Assembly (NCBI GenBank): GCA_964463635.1
Contig: CAYXCB010000002.1
Span: 1-62,260 of the forward strand
Source of the DNA: an uncultured Candidatus Saccharibacteria bacterium
GTDB taxonomy: Bacteria > Patescibacteriota > Saccharimonadia > Saccharimonadales > CAZARM01
Reading direction: 5' to 3'
Length of the DNA stretch: 62,260 bases
Shown here: positions 32,311-41,249 of the stretch, in pieces
Layout: each line of letters begins with the position of its first letter
Numbering within the stretch: the first letter of the stretch is position 1
Translations under genes and position numbers: made by a program
The notes under the pieces: model-generated
Told to the model about the DNA's origin: nothing
Databases searched by the model: none
Seen by the model: the letters and a program-made list of their open reading frames with translations, nothing else

Positions 32311-33342
32311 ATGGAAACGCCTACAACACAAACAGATCTACAACCCGCTCCTGATGCCCACTTACCGGAAGAGCAGCACAAACATGAACTGCTTGCAAGA
32401 GTAGGCGAGGAACTTAGGCTTGCTTATCATGGCGTGCTAAGAAACATTTCGGAACGGCGCATGTCCATGGGTGGTGACCGCATGGAAACCATGGACCACA
32501 AGGACGCTCTATACGCCGACATAGGCAACATAGCGGCCGGACAGGAAGCTGTGCTTACTGATACCGTTTCAGGTCAGACGGCAAGGCCTAGATCCTTCGT
32601 AGAGCGCTATATGGACAAGCGTCTGGATAAAAAGAACTGGCGAGCTGAACTCCAAGCCTCTGAGCGTAAGCGAACTGTCGCCGCTTACGGCGGTGAACGG
32701 TCGCAGACTATGCGCTCTGATAGCTTGATAGACACTTTTGCGCGTAAACGGGTCGCGGGTTCAGTGTACCGCGCTGGTGATATGTCAGCCGCAGAGTTAA
32801 GGCTCGCCCGCGCAGATATTCAAGCGACCCCCAGGGCGTTTGAGAATTCAGAACAGCGCAAGACCAGGCGTCGAGCTGATGGTGCCGTCAATGATCTAGA
32901 AAAAACAGCTGAGCAACCAGTACTTTCCAGATGGCGCGGGTGGCGGCGCGGGGAAGCCATCAAAGATATAAAGCGCCACCACTCGCGTGCCGAAAAGCAC
33001 CGTGTTCAGGAAGATAAGTTTGCTGCCAGGCGTGCCGAATGGCAAGCTGGAGCGCCTCAAAGAGTTCAAGCCGCGCAAGCGGAAAAGCAAAGGAAGCAGG
33101 AAAGACGTCGTGAACGAATGCAGAGAGTCGGTAATTTCGCACTGTCTGTTGGTCGTGGGATTTCGGATCGATTAAGTCAGCATAAAGACGAAACGGTCAA
33201 TGCTTACCACGAGGGTCTCTCGAATGAAGATGTTGCTGGCGGCCGGGTACAACAGCGTATCGATAAACTAGCTCGCTTAAGCGGCCGAAGATACTCCCGG
33301 ACCAAAACCAAATTAGCGGCTCGTCGCAACCCCGAAGCATAA
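32311..33342 (+). CDS. hypothetical highly basic Arg/Glu-rich soluble protein
   Basis: 343 aa with no TM. Long charged helical runs (RRAEWQAGAPQRVQAAQAEKQRKQERRRERMQR). Visibly GC-richer than its neighbours. Confidence 0.5.
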   Translation: METPTTQTDLQPAPDAHLPEEQHKHELLARVGEELRLAYHGVLRNISERRMSMGGDRMETMDHKDALYADIGNIAAGQEAVLTDTVSGQTARPRSFVERYMDKRLDKKNWRAELQASERKRTVAAYGGERSQTMRSDSLIDTFARKRVAGSVYRAGDMSAAELRLARADIQATPRAFENSEQRKTRRRADGAVNDLEKTAEQPVLSRWRGWRRGEAIKDIKRHHSRAEKHRVQEDKFAARRAEWQAGAPQRVQAAQAEKQRKQERRRERMQRVGNFALSVGRGISDRLSQHKDETVNAYHEGLSNEDVAGGRVQQRIDKLARLSGRRYSRTKTKLAARRNPEA

Positions 33343-33392
33343 CAACAGCATAACCTTTATACTTTAGGGTTTGTCCCTTATAATTAACCCTA

Positions 33393-34520
33393 ATGGCGAC
33401 GTATAAGGTACTTCAAGATATCGAGGCTGAAGATAAGCTGATCGGGCCGCTGAGCTTACGGCAGTTTATTTATGCCATTATGGTGATTGTTATTTTGTTT
33501 GTAGCTTGGCAGATGGCCAGAATCCAAATATTTCTAGGCCTGCCTCTGTTAATTCCAGCGTTATTTTTTGGGTTGCTGGCCGCGCCATTAGGAGCTTATC
33601 AGTCTAGTGAAATCTGGTTGCTGGGCAAAATACGCTTCTTTATAAAGCCGCGCCGGCGGATTTGGGATCAAAGCGGTATCAAACAGCTCGTCACTATTAC
33701 CGTACCGAAGAAAATCGAGCATCAGCTTACAAATAATCTGTCGCAGGTGGAAGTGAAGAGCCGGCTTAAGGCCCTGGCAAACACCATCGACAGCCGCGGC
33801 TGGGCTATCAAAAACGTTAATGAAAACCTATTCGCCCAACCCAGCTATATTAACAACCAAACCACTGATCGCTTGATTGATATTAGTAGCCTGCCACAAG
33901 AAGTAGCTAGTTACGACGTGTCGGCAACGGAGGATATACTGGATGAACAAAATAATCCGACCGCACAGCATTTAGATCAAATGATTAGTACATCTACTAA
34001 GACCCGGCGGCAGGATCTATTAGCAAATATGCGCAACAAGAGCCAGCCGACAACAACTCAAACACAGCCAGATTACTGGTTCATGAATCAAAACCCACCC
34101 GCTAAAACAGCGCCGGGTAGCGCTACGTTTAATAACTCCACCCTTGTAGCTCCTGGCACAACTTCTGACACAAACCCTACTACGAAAGCTGATGAGCAGG
34201 CTATTTTAAACCAGCTGCACGCCGACCACCAAAGAGGGAGTGCGGCTTATGGACACATGCGAACAATTCGTCCTGCGGACGAAAGTACACAGTACACAGT
34301 ACACAGTACACAGCAAAAAACTAAGACCAACGACAGTCAACAGTCAAACCAAGGACAGGCGACCGATAACGGAGGACGGACGACTGGCCGTACGGCCTCT
34401 GATCCTGCTATACTTGGACTTGCTAACAACGATGACCTAGATGTGGCTACTATCGCCCGGCAGGCCAATAAAAAACGAGGGCAAGAACCACCAGATGAAG
34501 TAGTGGTCAGCCTGCGCTAG
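33393..34520 (+). CDS. PrgI/VirB3-like T4SS membrane protein with a long Q/T/N-rich tail
   Basis: N-terminus YKVLQDIEAEDKLIGPLSLRQFIYAIMVIVILF plus a second TM, typical of PrgI-family proteins. The C-terminal ~180 aa are low-complexity and include a heptad-array-encoded STQYTVHSTQ. Confidence 0.65.
   Translation: MATYKVLQDIEAEDKLIGPLSLRQFIYAIMVIVILFVAWQMARIQIFLGLPLLIPALFFGLLAAPLGAYQSSEIWLLGKIRFFIKPRRRIWDQSGIKQLVTITVPKKIEHQLTNNLSQVEVKSRLKALANTIDSRGWAIKNVNENLFAQPSYINNQTTDRLIDISSLPQEVASYDVSATEDILDEQNNPTAQHLDQMISTSTKTRRQDLLANMRNKSQPTTTQTQPDYWFMNQNPPAKTAPGSATFNNSTLVAPGTTSDTNPTTKADEQAILNQLHADHQRGSAAYGHMRTIRPADESTQYTVHSTQQKTKTNDSQQSNQGQATDNGGRTTGRTASDPAILGLANNDDLDVATIARQANKKRGQEPPDEVVVSLR
34282..34309. 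repeat. heptanucleotide array inside the PrgI-like coding region (AAAGTAC ACAGTAC ACAGTAC ACAGTAC)
   Basis: Four 7-nt units read directly from the sequence, translated as ...ESTQYTVHSTQ.... Confidence 0.6.
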
Positions 34521-34525
34521 CAGGC

Positions 34526-34553
34526 GGAGTACTGAGTACTTAGTACAGAGTAC
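34526..34553. repeat. heptanucleotide array flanking cassette 2 (GGAGTAC TGAGTAC TTAGTAC AGAGTAC)
   Basis: Lies between the PrgI-like stop (34520) and the cassette ORF stop (34560). Complementary to 35074..35108. Confidence 0.6.
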
Positions 34554-34559
34554 GGGCTG

Positions 34560-34910
34560 CTAAGACGGTAACTTTCGAATAAAACCAGCCAGTATCATCG
34601 ATACCTCGTTAACCTTTATTAGTAACTCCTTCTGTTCACCTTCTTTGATATAGCCTAGGTCCAACGCAATAATTAGCATGGACTCAACCTCAGCCGCCGA
34701 TCCTTTGGCAATAAAAAGATAGTTTTTAAACGATTTATTGCTCTGTTTGGCATAGCCTTCAGCCACGTTATTCATGATTGATATAACAGCGCGTTGAATT
34801 TGGTCTCTGAAACTATAATCTCGACAGTCATTAAACGCACTATAAATATTAACTGTCAGATCCCGCCCTTTTTGCCAAGCAAGTATTTCTTTAAATGATC
34901 TTATGGGCAT
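34560..34910 (-). CDS. four-helix-bundle protein (IVS-protein family), cassette 2, antisense to the T4SS operon
   Basis: MPIRSFKEILAWQKGRDL...IMNNVAEGYAKQSNKSFKNYLFIAKGSAAEVESML. Start set at the ATG that aligns with the paralogs; the track start (34934, GTG) lies in the repeat array. Confidence 0.85.
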   Translation of the reverse strand: MPIRSFKEILAWQKGRDLTVNIYSAFNDCRDYSFRDQIQRAVISIMNNVAEGYAKQSNKSFKNYLFIAKGSAAEVESMLIIALDLGYIKEGEQKELLIKVNEVSMILAGFIRKLPS

Positions 34911-34930
34911 TGCGTCTATTTTAGCACCTG

Positions 34931-34958
34931 GCACTCTGTACTACACACTTGGTACTAT
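34931..34958. repeat. heptanucleotide array, inner right arm of cassette 2 (GCACTCT GTACTAC ACACTTG GTACTAT)
   Basis: Four 7-nt units just upstream of the cassette ORF start. Confidence 0.5.
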
Positions 34959-35073
34959 AAGCGGTTTCCCCTATACTTGTATTATGTAGTCTTGTTCTTG
35001 TATGGTGGGAATTACTAATGAAAATTATAATCTTGAATACTAAAATTATATACAAATTTGCGACGTTAGATCT

Positions 35074-35108
35074 GTACTCCGTACTCTGTACTCCGTACTC
35101 TGTACTCC
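35074..35108. repeat. heptanucleotide array, outer right arm of cassette 2 ((GTACTCY)x5)
   Basis: GTACTCC GTACTCT GTACTCC GTACTCT GTACTCC. Reverse complement of the RGAGTAC units at 34526..34553. Ends 20 nt before the next T4SS gene. Confidence 0.65.
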
Positions 35109-35127
35109 AAAGTCGGAGACTCTGCTA

Positions 35128-36027
35128 ATGGACCCAAATACACAGAATCAAAACCCCAATAACATACCCGGACCAGCGGCTCCTGGCGTACCACCACCTC
35201 CGCAATATGCGCCCATGCCAGGTATGCCCCCTCAGTACGCTGCCGGACAGCCATCTGCCCAGCCCGGGCCGGCCACGCCGCCACCACCGCACGTAAAAAG
35301 CAACCCTAACAGTACCCAAAACACTTTGCAGATCGCTGAAATTCGCGACGGCGTTGTGATTATGAACGATGGGTCATTCCGTTCGGTTGTTATGGTCAAA
35401 TCGATTAACTTTGACCTGATGAGTCCCCAGGAGCAGGAAGCTGTCGAATTCAGTTTCCAGGGCTTCCTAAATTCATTATATTTCCCGGTTCAGATTTTTG
35501 TACGGTCGCAAAAGGTTGATCTGCGGCCATATATAGAGAAGCTAGATAAAATCCGCACCGAGCACGATAATATGCTACTCGCATTATTAATGGAAGATTA
35601 CATAGATTACATTGCTAATTTGTCTATGCAAACCAACATTATGGATAAACGTTTTTACGTTATAATCCCGTACTACCCGACTACTGATATTCAGAAAGCC
35701 ATCACTCAAAGTAAAGACTTTTTCTCCGGGCTTAAGGGCTTGTTTAGCAATAAGGAATCCCATGTCACTATCAATGAACAAGACCTGGTCAAAGCCAAAG
35801 ACGAGCTGCGCAACCGTGTCCAGTCGGTTTTGAATGGGCTGCAGCAGAGCGGGATCCAGGGTTTGCCGCTTGATACCCAGGAGTTAATCGAGCTCTACTA
35901 CGACACTTATAATCCTGATACAGCTACCCGGCAGCAACTCAAAAACTTTGATGATTTATCAGCCCCGGTTGTAGGCAAGGGCCAGGGCAGTGCGCCTCAG
36001 CCGCAGCTAGACAGGGAGCTCAAGTGA
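35128..36027 (+). CDS. T4SS-associated protein with a proline-rich N-terminus
   Basis: 299 aa. PGPAAPGVPPPPQYAPMPGMPPQY..., then a globular part (LQIAEIRDGVVIMNDGSFRSVVMVKSINFDLMSPQEQEAV). Sits between the PrgI-like gene and VirB4. Function unknown. Confidence 0.55.
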   Translation: MDPNTQNQNPNNIPGPAAPGVPPPPQYAPMPGMPPQYAAGQPSAQPGPATPPPPHVKSNPNSTQNTLQIAEIRDGVVIMNDGSFRSVVMVKSINFDLMSPQEQEAVEFSFQGFLNSLYFPVQIFVRSQKVDLRPYIEKLDKIRTEHDNMLLALLMEDYIDYIANLSMQTNIMDKRFYVIIPYYPTTDIQKAITQSKDFFSGLKGLFSNKESHVTINEQDLVKAKDELRNRVQSVLNGLQQSGIQGLPLDTQELIELYYDTYNPDTATRQQLKNFDDLSAPVVGKGQGSAPQPQLDRELK

Positions 36028-36428
36028 TGAAAACTGAAGCACGAAGCCCGAAAGCAGAAACAAGCACGAAGCCCGAAAGCAGAAACGTAAAACGTTTCGA
36101 TCTAGAGGATCGAACTCTATTATTCGCAAGGGACGTGCGAAGTTTTATTTCTCAGCTTCCTAAAACAACTGCTTATTTTGAGGATGGTAAACAAGTAGTA
36201 CGATCATCGGGATCAGTCGGTGCTAACTATTTAGAGGCGAACGAATCGCTTAGCAAGAAAGACTTTGCGATGCGGATCAAAATTGCTAAAAAAGAAGCCC
36301 GAGAGACTATATACTGGCTTGAGGTAATAACTGCTCCGCCAGAATTATTGGTAGCACAACAGTCTTTGCTAAAAGAAGCGACGGAATTGATGAACATATT
36401 AGGTGCAATTTTAAGGAAGAGTCAGTAA
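36027..36428 (+). CDS. four-helix-bundle protein (IVS-protein family), cassette 3, sense within the T4SS operon
   Basis: ATG overlaps the upstream stop (TGATG). The core RFDLEDRTLLFARDV...SVGANYLEANESLSKKDFAMRIKIAKKEARETIYWL is a diverged member of the family. The first ~20 codons are encoded by the repeat array. Confidence 0.75.
   Translation: MKTEARSPKAETSTKPESRNVKRFDLEDRTLLFARDVRSFISQLPKTTAYFEDGKQVVRSSGSVGANYLEANESLSKKDFAMRIKIAKKEARETIYWLEVITAPPELLVAQQSLLKEATELMNILGAILRKSQ
36036..36086. repeat. repeat array, left arm of cassette 3 (GAANNNN heptads; 23-nt GCACGAAGCCCGAAAGCAGAAAC present twice, period 25)
   Basis: Exact copies at 36039-36061 and 36064-36086. Contains CCCGAAA, which is complementary to the right arm. 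Confidence 0.65.
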
Positions 36429-36455
36429 TGTTTCATAATTCTGATTTCAAATTTG

Positions 36456-36483
36456 TTTCGGGTTTCGGGTTTCGGGTTTCGGG
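36456..36483. repeat. (TTTCGGG)x4 array, right arm of cassette 3; also a canonical G-quadruplex motif
   Basis: Four perfect heptads. G3 tracts at 36460-62, 36467-69, 36474-76 and 36481-83 are separated by TTTC. Ends ~10 nt before the virB4 SD (GGAGG). Confidence 0.7.
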
Positions 36484-36507
36484 TTTGAAAAACCGGAGGT
36501 TCTTCTA

Positions 36508-38424
36508 ATGGCTTTCGGCAAAAACAAACGTCCCCAATTTGATCCTGTTACCCTAGCCCAGAGCCAACGCCATGCTGAACAGCAAGAAGTCCAGGCTGCT
36601 TTCCAGAAAGGCATTACGGCTTTGCGTGATTTTATCGCACCGTCTTCATTGGAATTTGGCAGCACACACTTCCAACTTGGTACCCGCTATGCTCGAACCT
36701 ACTACGTCTATGGGTACCCTCGTCAGGTTTATACGGGCTGGCTATCGCCCATGATCAACATGGACGAAGTAATGGATATGTCGCTGTACATTTATCCTGT
36801 CGAGAGCCAAGTTGTCTTGGAAAACTTGCGCAAAAAAGTTGGCCAACTGGAAGCCGGCCTACAAATCGATGCTGAAAAGGGTCGAGTCCGTGATCCTGGC
36901 AAGCAGGCGGCGATTCAAGACGCCGAAGAAATGCGCGACAAGCTACAGGTTGGTGAAGAGCGCTTCTTCCGCTTTGGTTTTTACTTCACGATTTATGCCG
37001 GTAGCTTGGACGAACTCGAGTTTGTAGCCCACAAGGTTGAATCAATTCTGGGTCAGCAGTTGGTTTACTCCAAGCCGGCAACTTCGCAGCAAGAGCAAGG
37101 GCTCAATAGCACGATTCCGGCCTTTACGGACCAGCTGCAAATCCGCCGCAACTTTTCAACTGGTGCGCTATCAACCAGTTTCCCATTTACCTCAGCTGAC
37201 CTAAGCCAAGAAAATGGTATTTTATACGGTGTAAATATGCATAACTCCGGCCTGGTTATCTTTGATCGTTTTAGTCTAGAAAACAGCAACTCAGTAGTCT
37301 TCGCTAAATCCGGCGCTGGTAAATCGTTTACGGTTAAACTCGAGGCCCTGCGCAGCATGATGTTTGGTACCGAAGTGTTTATCATTGACCCGGAAAACGA
37401 ATACCAGCGAATGGCCGAAGCTGTCGGCGGAGCTTACGTTCGACTAAGTTTAAATTCAGCGACTCGTATCAACCCATTTGACTTACCAAAAGTTGTCGAT
37501 ACTGAAGAAGCCGACAATGCTCTTCGTAGCAACCTGATTACCCTGCACGGCTTGCTCCGACTCATGATGGGCGGAGCCCAGGCCCAAATGCTAGGTGGGG
37601 GCGCTACTATGATGCCGGCTCTAAGCCCGGTTGAAGAGTCAGACTTAGATGCCGCCCTAATTGAAACTTACGCCAAGGCCGGTATTACTAATGACCCCTT
37701 AACTCACACCGGTCAGCCTCCCACGATTGCTGACCTCTATGACACTCTGCTGCATATGGGCGGGAGCGGACCCCAGCTAGCTCAGCGCCTGCGCAAATAC
37801 ACCACAGGTACATTTGCCGGTATTTTCTCTCAGCAAAGCAATACCGATATCAACAACCCGTTAGTAGTCTTTAATATCCGCGACCTAGAAGATGAATTAC
37901 GCCCGGTAGCCATGTACATTGTGCTCAATTACATCTGGAATAAGACTAAATCTGATCAAAAACGCCGTATCTTGATTGTTGACGAAGCATGGCAATTAAT
38001 GAAGTATGAGGATTCAGCCAACTTCTTGTTTAGCCTAGCTAAACGAGCCAGAAAATATAACCTAGGTATTACTACTATCACTCAAGATGTGGAAGACTTT
38101 ATGGGTTCTAGGATGGGTAGAGCTATTGTGGCTAACGCTAGTATGCAGATATTGCTCAAGCAATCACCCTCAGCAGTTGATGTCTTGACTGATGTGTTCA
38201 AATTAACCAGCGAAGAGAAGAAACGTTTAAGCCAATTCCCGGTCGGGCAGGGACTGTTCTTTGCCGGCCAGAACCACGTTCATATCCAAGTTACTGCTAG
38301 TCCAACAGAGACTGGGCTGATTACCACCAACCCTGAGCAAGTCCAGCAAATGGCCTTAGCCGGCGAGTTAAATCAACCCCAAGGCACCATTGACCTTAAT
38401 AACCCGGCACCGCCGGCGGTATAA
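36508..38424 (+). CDS. virB4: VirB4/PrgJ/TraE-type T4SS ATPase
   Basis: 638 aa. Walker A VFAKSGAGKSF, Walker B RRILIVDEAWQL, ITTITQDVEDF, and an N-terminal domain with ...YPRQVYTGWLSPMI.... Confidence 0.9.
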   Translation: MAFGKNKRPQFDPVTLAQSQRHAEQQEVQAAFQKGITALRDFIAPSSLEFGSTHFQLGTRYARTYYVYGYPRQVYTGWLSPMINMDEVMDMSLYIYPVESQVVLENLRKKVGQLEAGLQIDAEKGRVRDPGKQAAIQDAEEMRDKLQVGEERFFRFGFYFTIYAGSLDELEFVAHKVESILGQQLVYSKPATSQQEQGLNSTIPAFTDQLQIRRNFSTGALSTSFPFTSADLSQENGILYGVNMHNSGLVIFDRFSLENSNSVVFAKSGAGKSFTVKLEALRSMMFGTEVFIIDPENEYQRMAEAVGGAYVRLSLNSATRINPFDLPKVVDTEEADNALRSNLITLHGLLRLMMGGAQAQMLGGGATMMPALSPVEESDLDAALIETYAKAGITNDPLTHTGQPPTIADLYDTLLHMGGSGPQLAQRLRKYTTGTFAGIFSQQSNTDINNPLVVFNIRDLEDELRPVAMYIVLNYIWNKTKSDQKRRILIVDEAWQLMKYEDSANFLFSLAKRARKYNLGITTITQDVEDFMGSRMGRAIVANASMQILLKQSPSAVDVLTDVFKLTSEEKKRLSQFPVGQGLFFAGQNHVHIQVTASPTETGLITTNPEQVQQMALAGELNQPQGTIDLNNPAPPAV

Positions 38425-38453
38425 TAAACGAAGCATTACTAAGATAGAGATTT

Positions 38454-41249
38454 ATGGGCGAACCAGCACCAATATACGATGACGAACAGTCCCCAGATCC
38501 ATACACGCCGAAACCGCGTTTTGGCGTTGTTGATGGTGAAGGCCAGTCAACGCCTAGGAGCAAAGGACATTTAAAAAGTGTTAGCAGTAATGACTTAAAT
38601 GCTGCCGAGCAAGCCGGTGCAACACCAGAACTGGATCTACCAAGCACCGCTGAGAAAAACTTAACCGGTGATAGCGACCAGATTGGAGGCGGCTTCAAAA
38701 AAGAAGGTGACAGGCGCAAGGGCCGCTTTTCAAGAAAACAGAAGATTGCTGGCGGAGGCATAATAGGCTTATTGCTTGGCGGGGGTGTTGGGATAATAAC
38801 GCTCATTAGCGGCCCTTTGCAGCTATTGCATTTATCTAAAACTCTTTTACCCAACTTTGCCAATCAAGATCATGCTAGCAATGTCAGGATTCGTGGCTTA
38901 TACAGGTGGGCTAAAACTGGCAACCCTGGCGAAACGCGAATAGGTGCATTGAGCAGCAAATTTGTGTATCCAGAGATCCAAAAAAGTCTAGCCAAAAATG
39001 GTATCGCCATCGGCACGGACAGGTTTACTGGTCAAATAACAACGTTAACGATTGAGCCGGCCAAAAACCCCCAGTATCAGGGATTGTCACCCGATGAGGC
39101 GAGAGCCCGCATTGCGGCCGATAACGGTATTGACCCAGCCAAGGTATCTCAGACAAGCGGACTAAATGGTGGAAAGTTTTCATTTAACCTTAGGGACTCG
39201 AATATTGCCGCTAAAAGGGCGGCCATAAGAACCCATGTTGAAAGCCAAAATCTTGGCAAGATCAAGACGGCCTTACAAATCAGAACGCTTGGCAAGGTCC
39301 ACAATGCGCCTTCCTGGCTGCACCCCTTGAAACGGGCGGGGGCTTCGATCGACCTTAAGATATCTACTCGCATCCAAAGATCTAACCTATTTAAGGAATA
39401 TGAAGCAAGACGTACCGCTAAAGCGGCGGCCAGAACCGCCGCTGCCGAAGCGCGGGTAGCTGCGGTCAAATCAAAGTTAAGGATTGGTGCCGGCGCCGCC
39501 GGAGCTGTACTGCTTGGATCTACTGCTGTTTGCGTAGCAAAGGATGTGGCCAGCGAAGTTCCAGCCCTCAATCGCGAGAACATCGTGATACCGGCTATGA
39601 AGTCGTCCGTGGACGCCATGGCGCTAGGTGCGCAAATCCAGTCCGGCCACGTGCCATCCGACGGCTTTGAACAAATGGGCACAATTGTTCAAAACCTTAA
39701 GGACGAGGAAGGCAGGAGTATTTGGGAAGGCAGGGCCCTACAGTCCGAACTGGGCCATGAAACTGGCGAGGATATTGACCCGGATCTTAAGCAAGCATTT
39801 TCACCCGAGAGCTCAGCGTCGAATATCGAACAAGCCCTTGATTCACTTGGAGCTGATGCCCTATGCAGTAAGGCCGGACAGTTGTTTTCGACAGTTGCGG
39901 GTACAGCGCTATTATTTGTTCCGGGGGTTGGCGTGGCAACCAAAATCGTCTCGACAGCCGCTGGTGCAGCCGTTATTACTGCTATCACCACACTTCTGCC
40001 AAGAATATTGGATAATGATACTGCTATTGGGGTCTTGCACCAAGGTCCCAACGGGGGTAATGTCGACGCCTACGGCGCCCGTGAGGCCGCTAATTCTTCA
40101 TTCCGCTCAACCGGCGGCTCAGAGCTCAGCTCAGCTCAAAGCGCGGCACTAAAAAAACAACACGATCAACTGGACAAGGAAGAATTTCAGGCCAAGAGCT
40201 TTGCCAGCCGGATATTTGACGTATACGACCATCGATCAATCGCAGGTAAGCTTATCGACAAAACAAGCAGCAGCCCCGTCCAGAATGTGGCAAGTGCTGC
40301 GCGCGGGCTAACGAGCGGAGCCTGGTTGACAGGTTTGTCATCTCTATTCACACCTAAAACATACGCCGCTACTGAAGTCCCTTATGATTATGGCTTCCCG
40401 GAGTACGGATTTAGCCTTAGTGACCTTGAAGACCCTTTAGTAGAAGATCCTTATGCCAATGCCGATGAAGTGGCAAAAATCCTTAATGGACTTGAAGGTC
40501 AGAAATATATCGATAAAGCTAAGGTTTGTTTTGGTGTTGACATAGTAAAAGGCGCCGATGGCTGGGATGCCATTACCAGTACTGATGTTAACCCCAGCAC
40601 CGCCGACTATGCCGAGGCAAACTGTCTAGAGGCCGGCAATAATGATTGGTTGCGAGTCCGCTTCTTTGTTTTCGACTCCCAAGCAATGAATAGCTACGCA
40701 TGTTACGAGGGGGACGAGTCTTCCTGCACCCAGCTTGGTTTTGGTGCCAATACAAGCAGCTCCACCGGAGCGGCCACAGGATCTGGTGTAGATACTTCAG
40801 CAATGGCTTGTCCGAGCGATCCTGATATCACCGACGGCGGGGTTGTGGAAAAGTATGGGCCAGGTAAAATTCTGCAGTATAGGATCAGGCTGTGCCTCGT
40901 GTTTGGCATCGATGTCAATGTTTCAATAGCGCAAAATACCGCCAATATGATCCGGGCTGCAGCGGCCCAAGGAGTAACACTGCAAGGGGGAGGCTATCGA
41001 ACTTATGAGGAGCAAGTAGCTTTAAGAGTAGACCATGGATGCGCCAGTGATTCCTTACCAGCGAGTGCTTGTTCGCCCCCCACGGCCTCGCCAGGAACCT
41101 CCAATCACGAAGATGGCGAAGCAATCGACTTTACTAATTGTGGATCGCGTGGCACAGCCTGTTATCAGTGGCTAGCAACTAACGCGGCGACATATGGGCT
41201 AATTAATCTACCTAGTGAGCCGTGGCATTGGTCAAGGACGGGCAACTAG
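38454..41249 (+). CDS. large membrane-anchored T4SS protein with a C-terminal LAS-type (VanY/peptidase M15-like) peptidoglycan peptidase domain
   Basis: 931 aa. TM GGGIIGLLLGGGVGIITLISG. The C-terminus has GGGYRTYEEQ, SNHEDGEAIDF (SxHxxGxAxD) and EPWHW. Confidence 0.7.
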   Translation: MGEPAPIYDDEQSPDPYTPKPRFGVVDGEGQSTPRSKGHLKSVSSNDLNAAEQAGATPELDLPSTAEKNLTGDSDQIGGGFKKEGDRRKGRFSRKQKIAGGGIIGLLLGGGVGIITLISGPLQLLHLSKTLLPNFANQDHASNVRIRGLYRWAKTGNPGETRIGALSSKFVYPEIQKSLAKNGIAIGTDRFTGQITTLTIEPAKNPQYQGLSPDEARARIAADNGIDPAKVSQTSGLNGGKFSFNLRDSNIAAKRAAIRTHVESQNLGKIKTALQIRTLGKVHNAPSWLHPLKRAGASIDLKISTRIQRSNLFKEYEARRTAKAAARTAAAEARVAAVKSKLRIGAGAAGAVLLGSTAVCVAKDVASEVPALNRENIVIPAMKSSVDAMALGAQIQSGHVPSDGFEQMGTIVQNLKDEEGRSIWEGRALQSELGHETGEDIDPDLKQAFSPESSASNIEQALDSLGADALCSKAGQLFSTVAGTALLFVPGVGVATKIVSTAAGAAVITAITTLLPRILDNDTAIGVLHQGPNGGNVDAYGAREAANSSFRSTGGSELSSAQSAALKKQHDQLDKEEFQAKSFASRIFDVYDHRSIAGKLIDKTSSSPVQNVASAARGLTSGAWLTGLSSLFTPKTYAATEVPYDYGFPEYGFSLSDLEDPLVEDPYANADEVAKILNGLEGQKYIDKAKVCFGVDIVKGADGWDAITSTDVNPSTADYAEANCLEAGNNDWLRVRFFVFDSQAMNSYACYEGDESSCTQLGFGANTSSSTGAATGSGVDTSAMACPSDPDITDGGVVEKYGPGKILQYRIRLCLVFGIDVNVSIAQNTANMIRAAAAQGVTLQGGGYRTYEEQVALRVDHGCASDSLPASACSPPTASPGTSNHEDGEAIDFTNCGSRGTACYQWLATNAATYGLINLPSEPWHWSRTGN

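Noticed and set aside
35066-35319. Minus-strand ORFs of 73 and 64 aa at the start of the Pro-rich T4SS gene
   Set aside because: They are antisense to a proline-rich coding region and to the (GTACTCY)5 array. The Arg/Trp/Gly-rich translation is typical of the complement of Pro-rich sequence.
24875-36483. The repeat arrays might be CRISPR arrays
   Set aside because: The units are only ~7 nt and directly tandem with no spacers. The arrays occur as inverted pairs around an ORF. No cas genes are present; the Cas2-like fold at 51207 is an isolated regulator-like gene.
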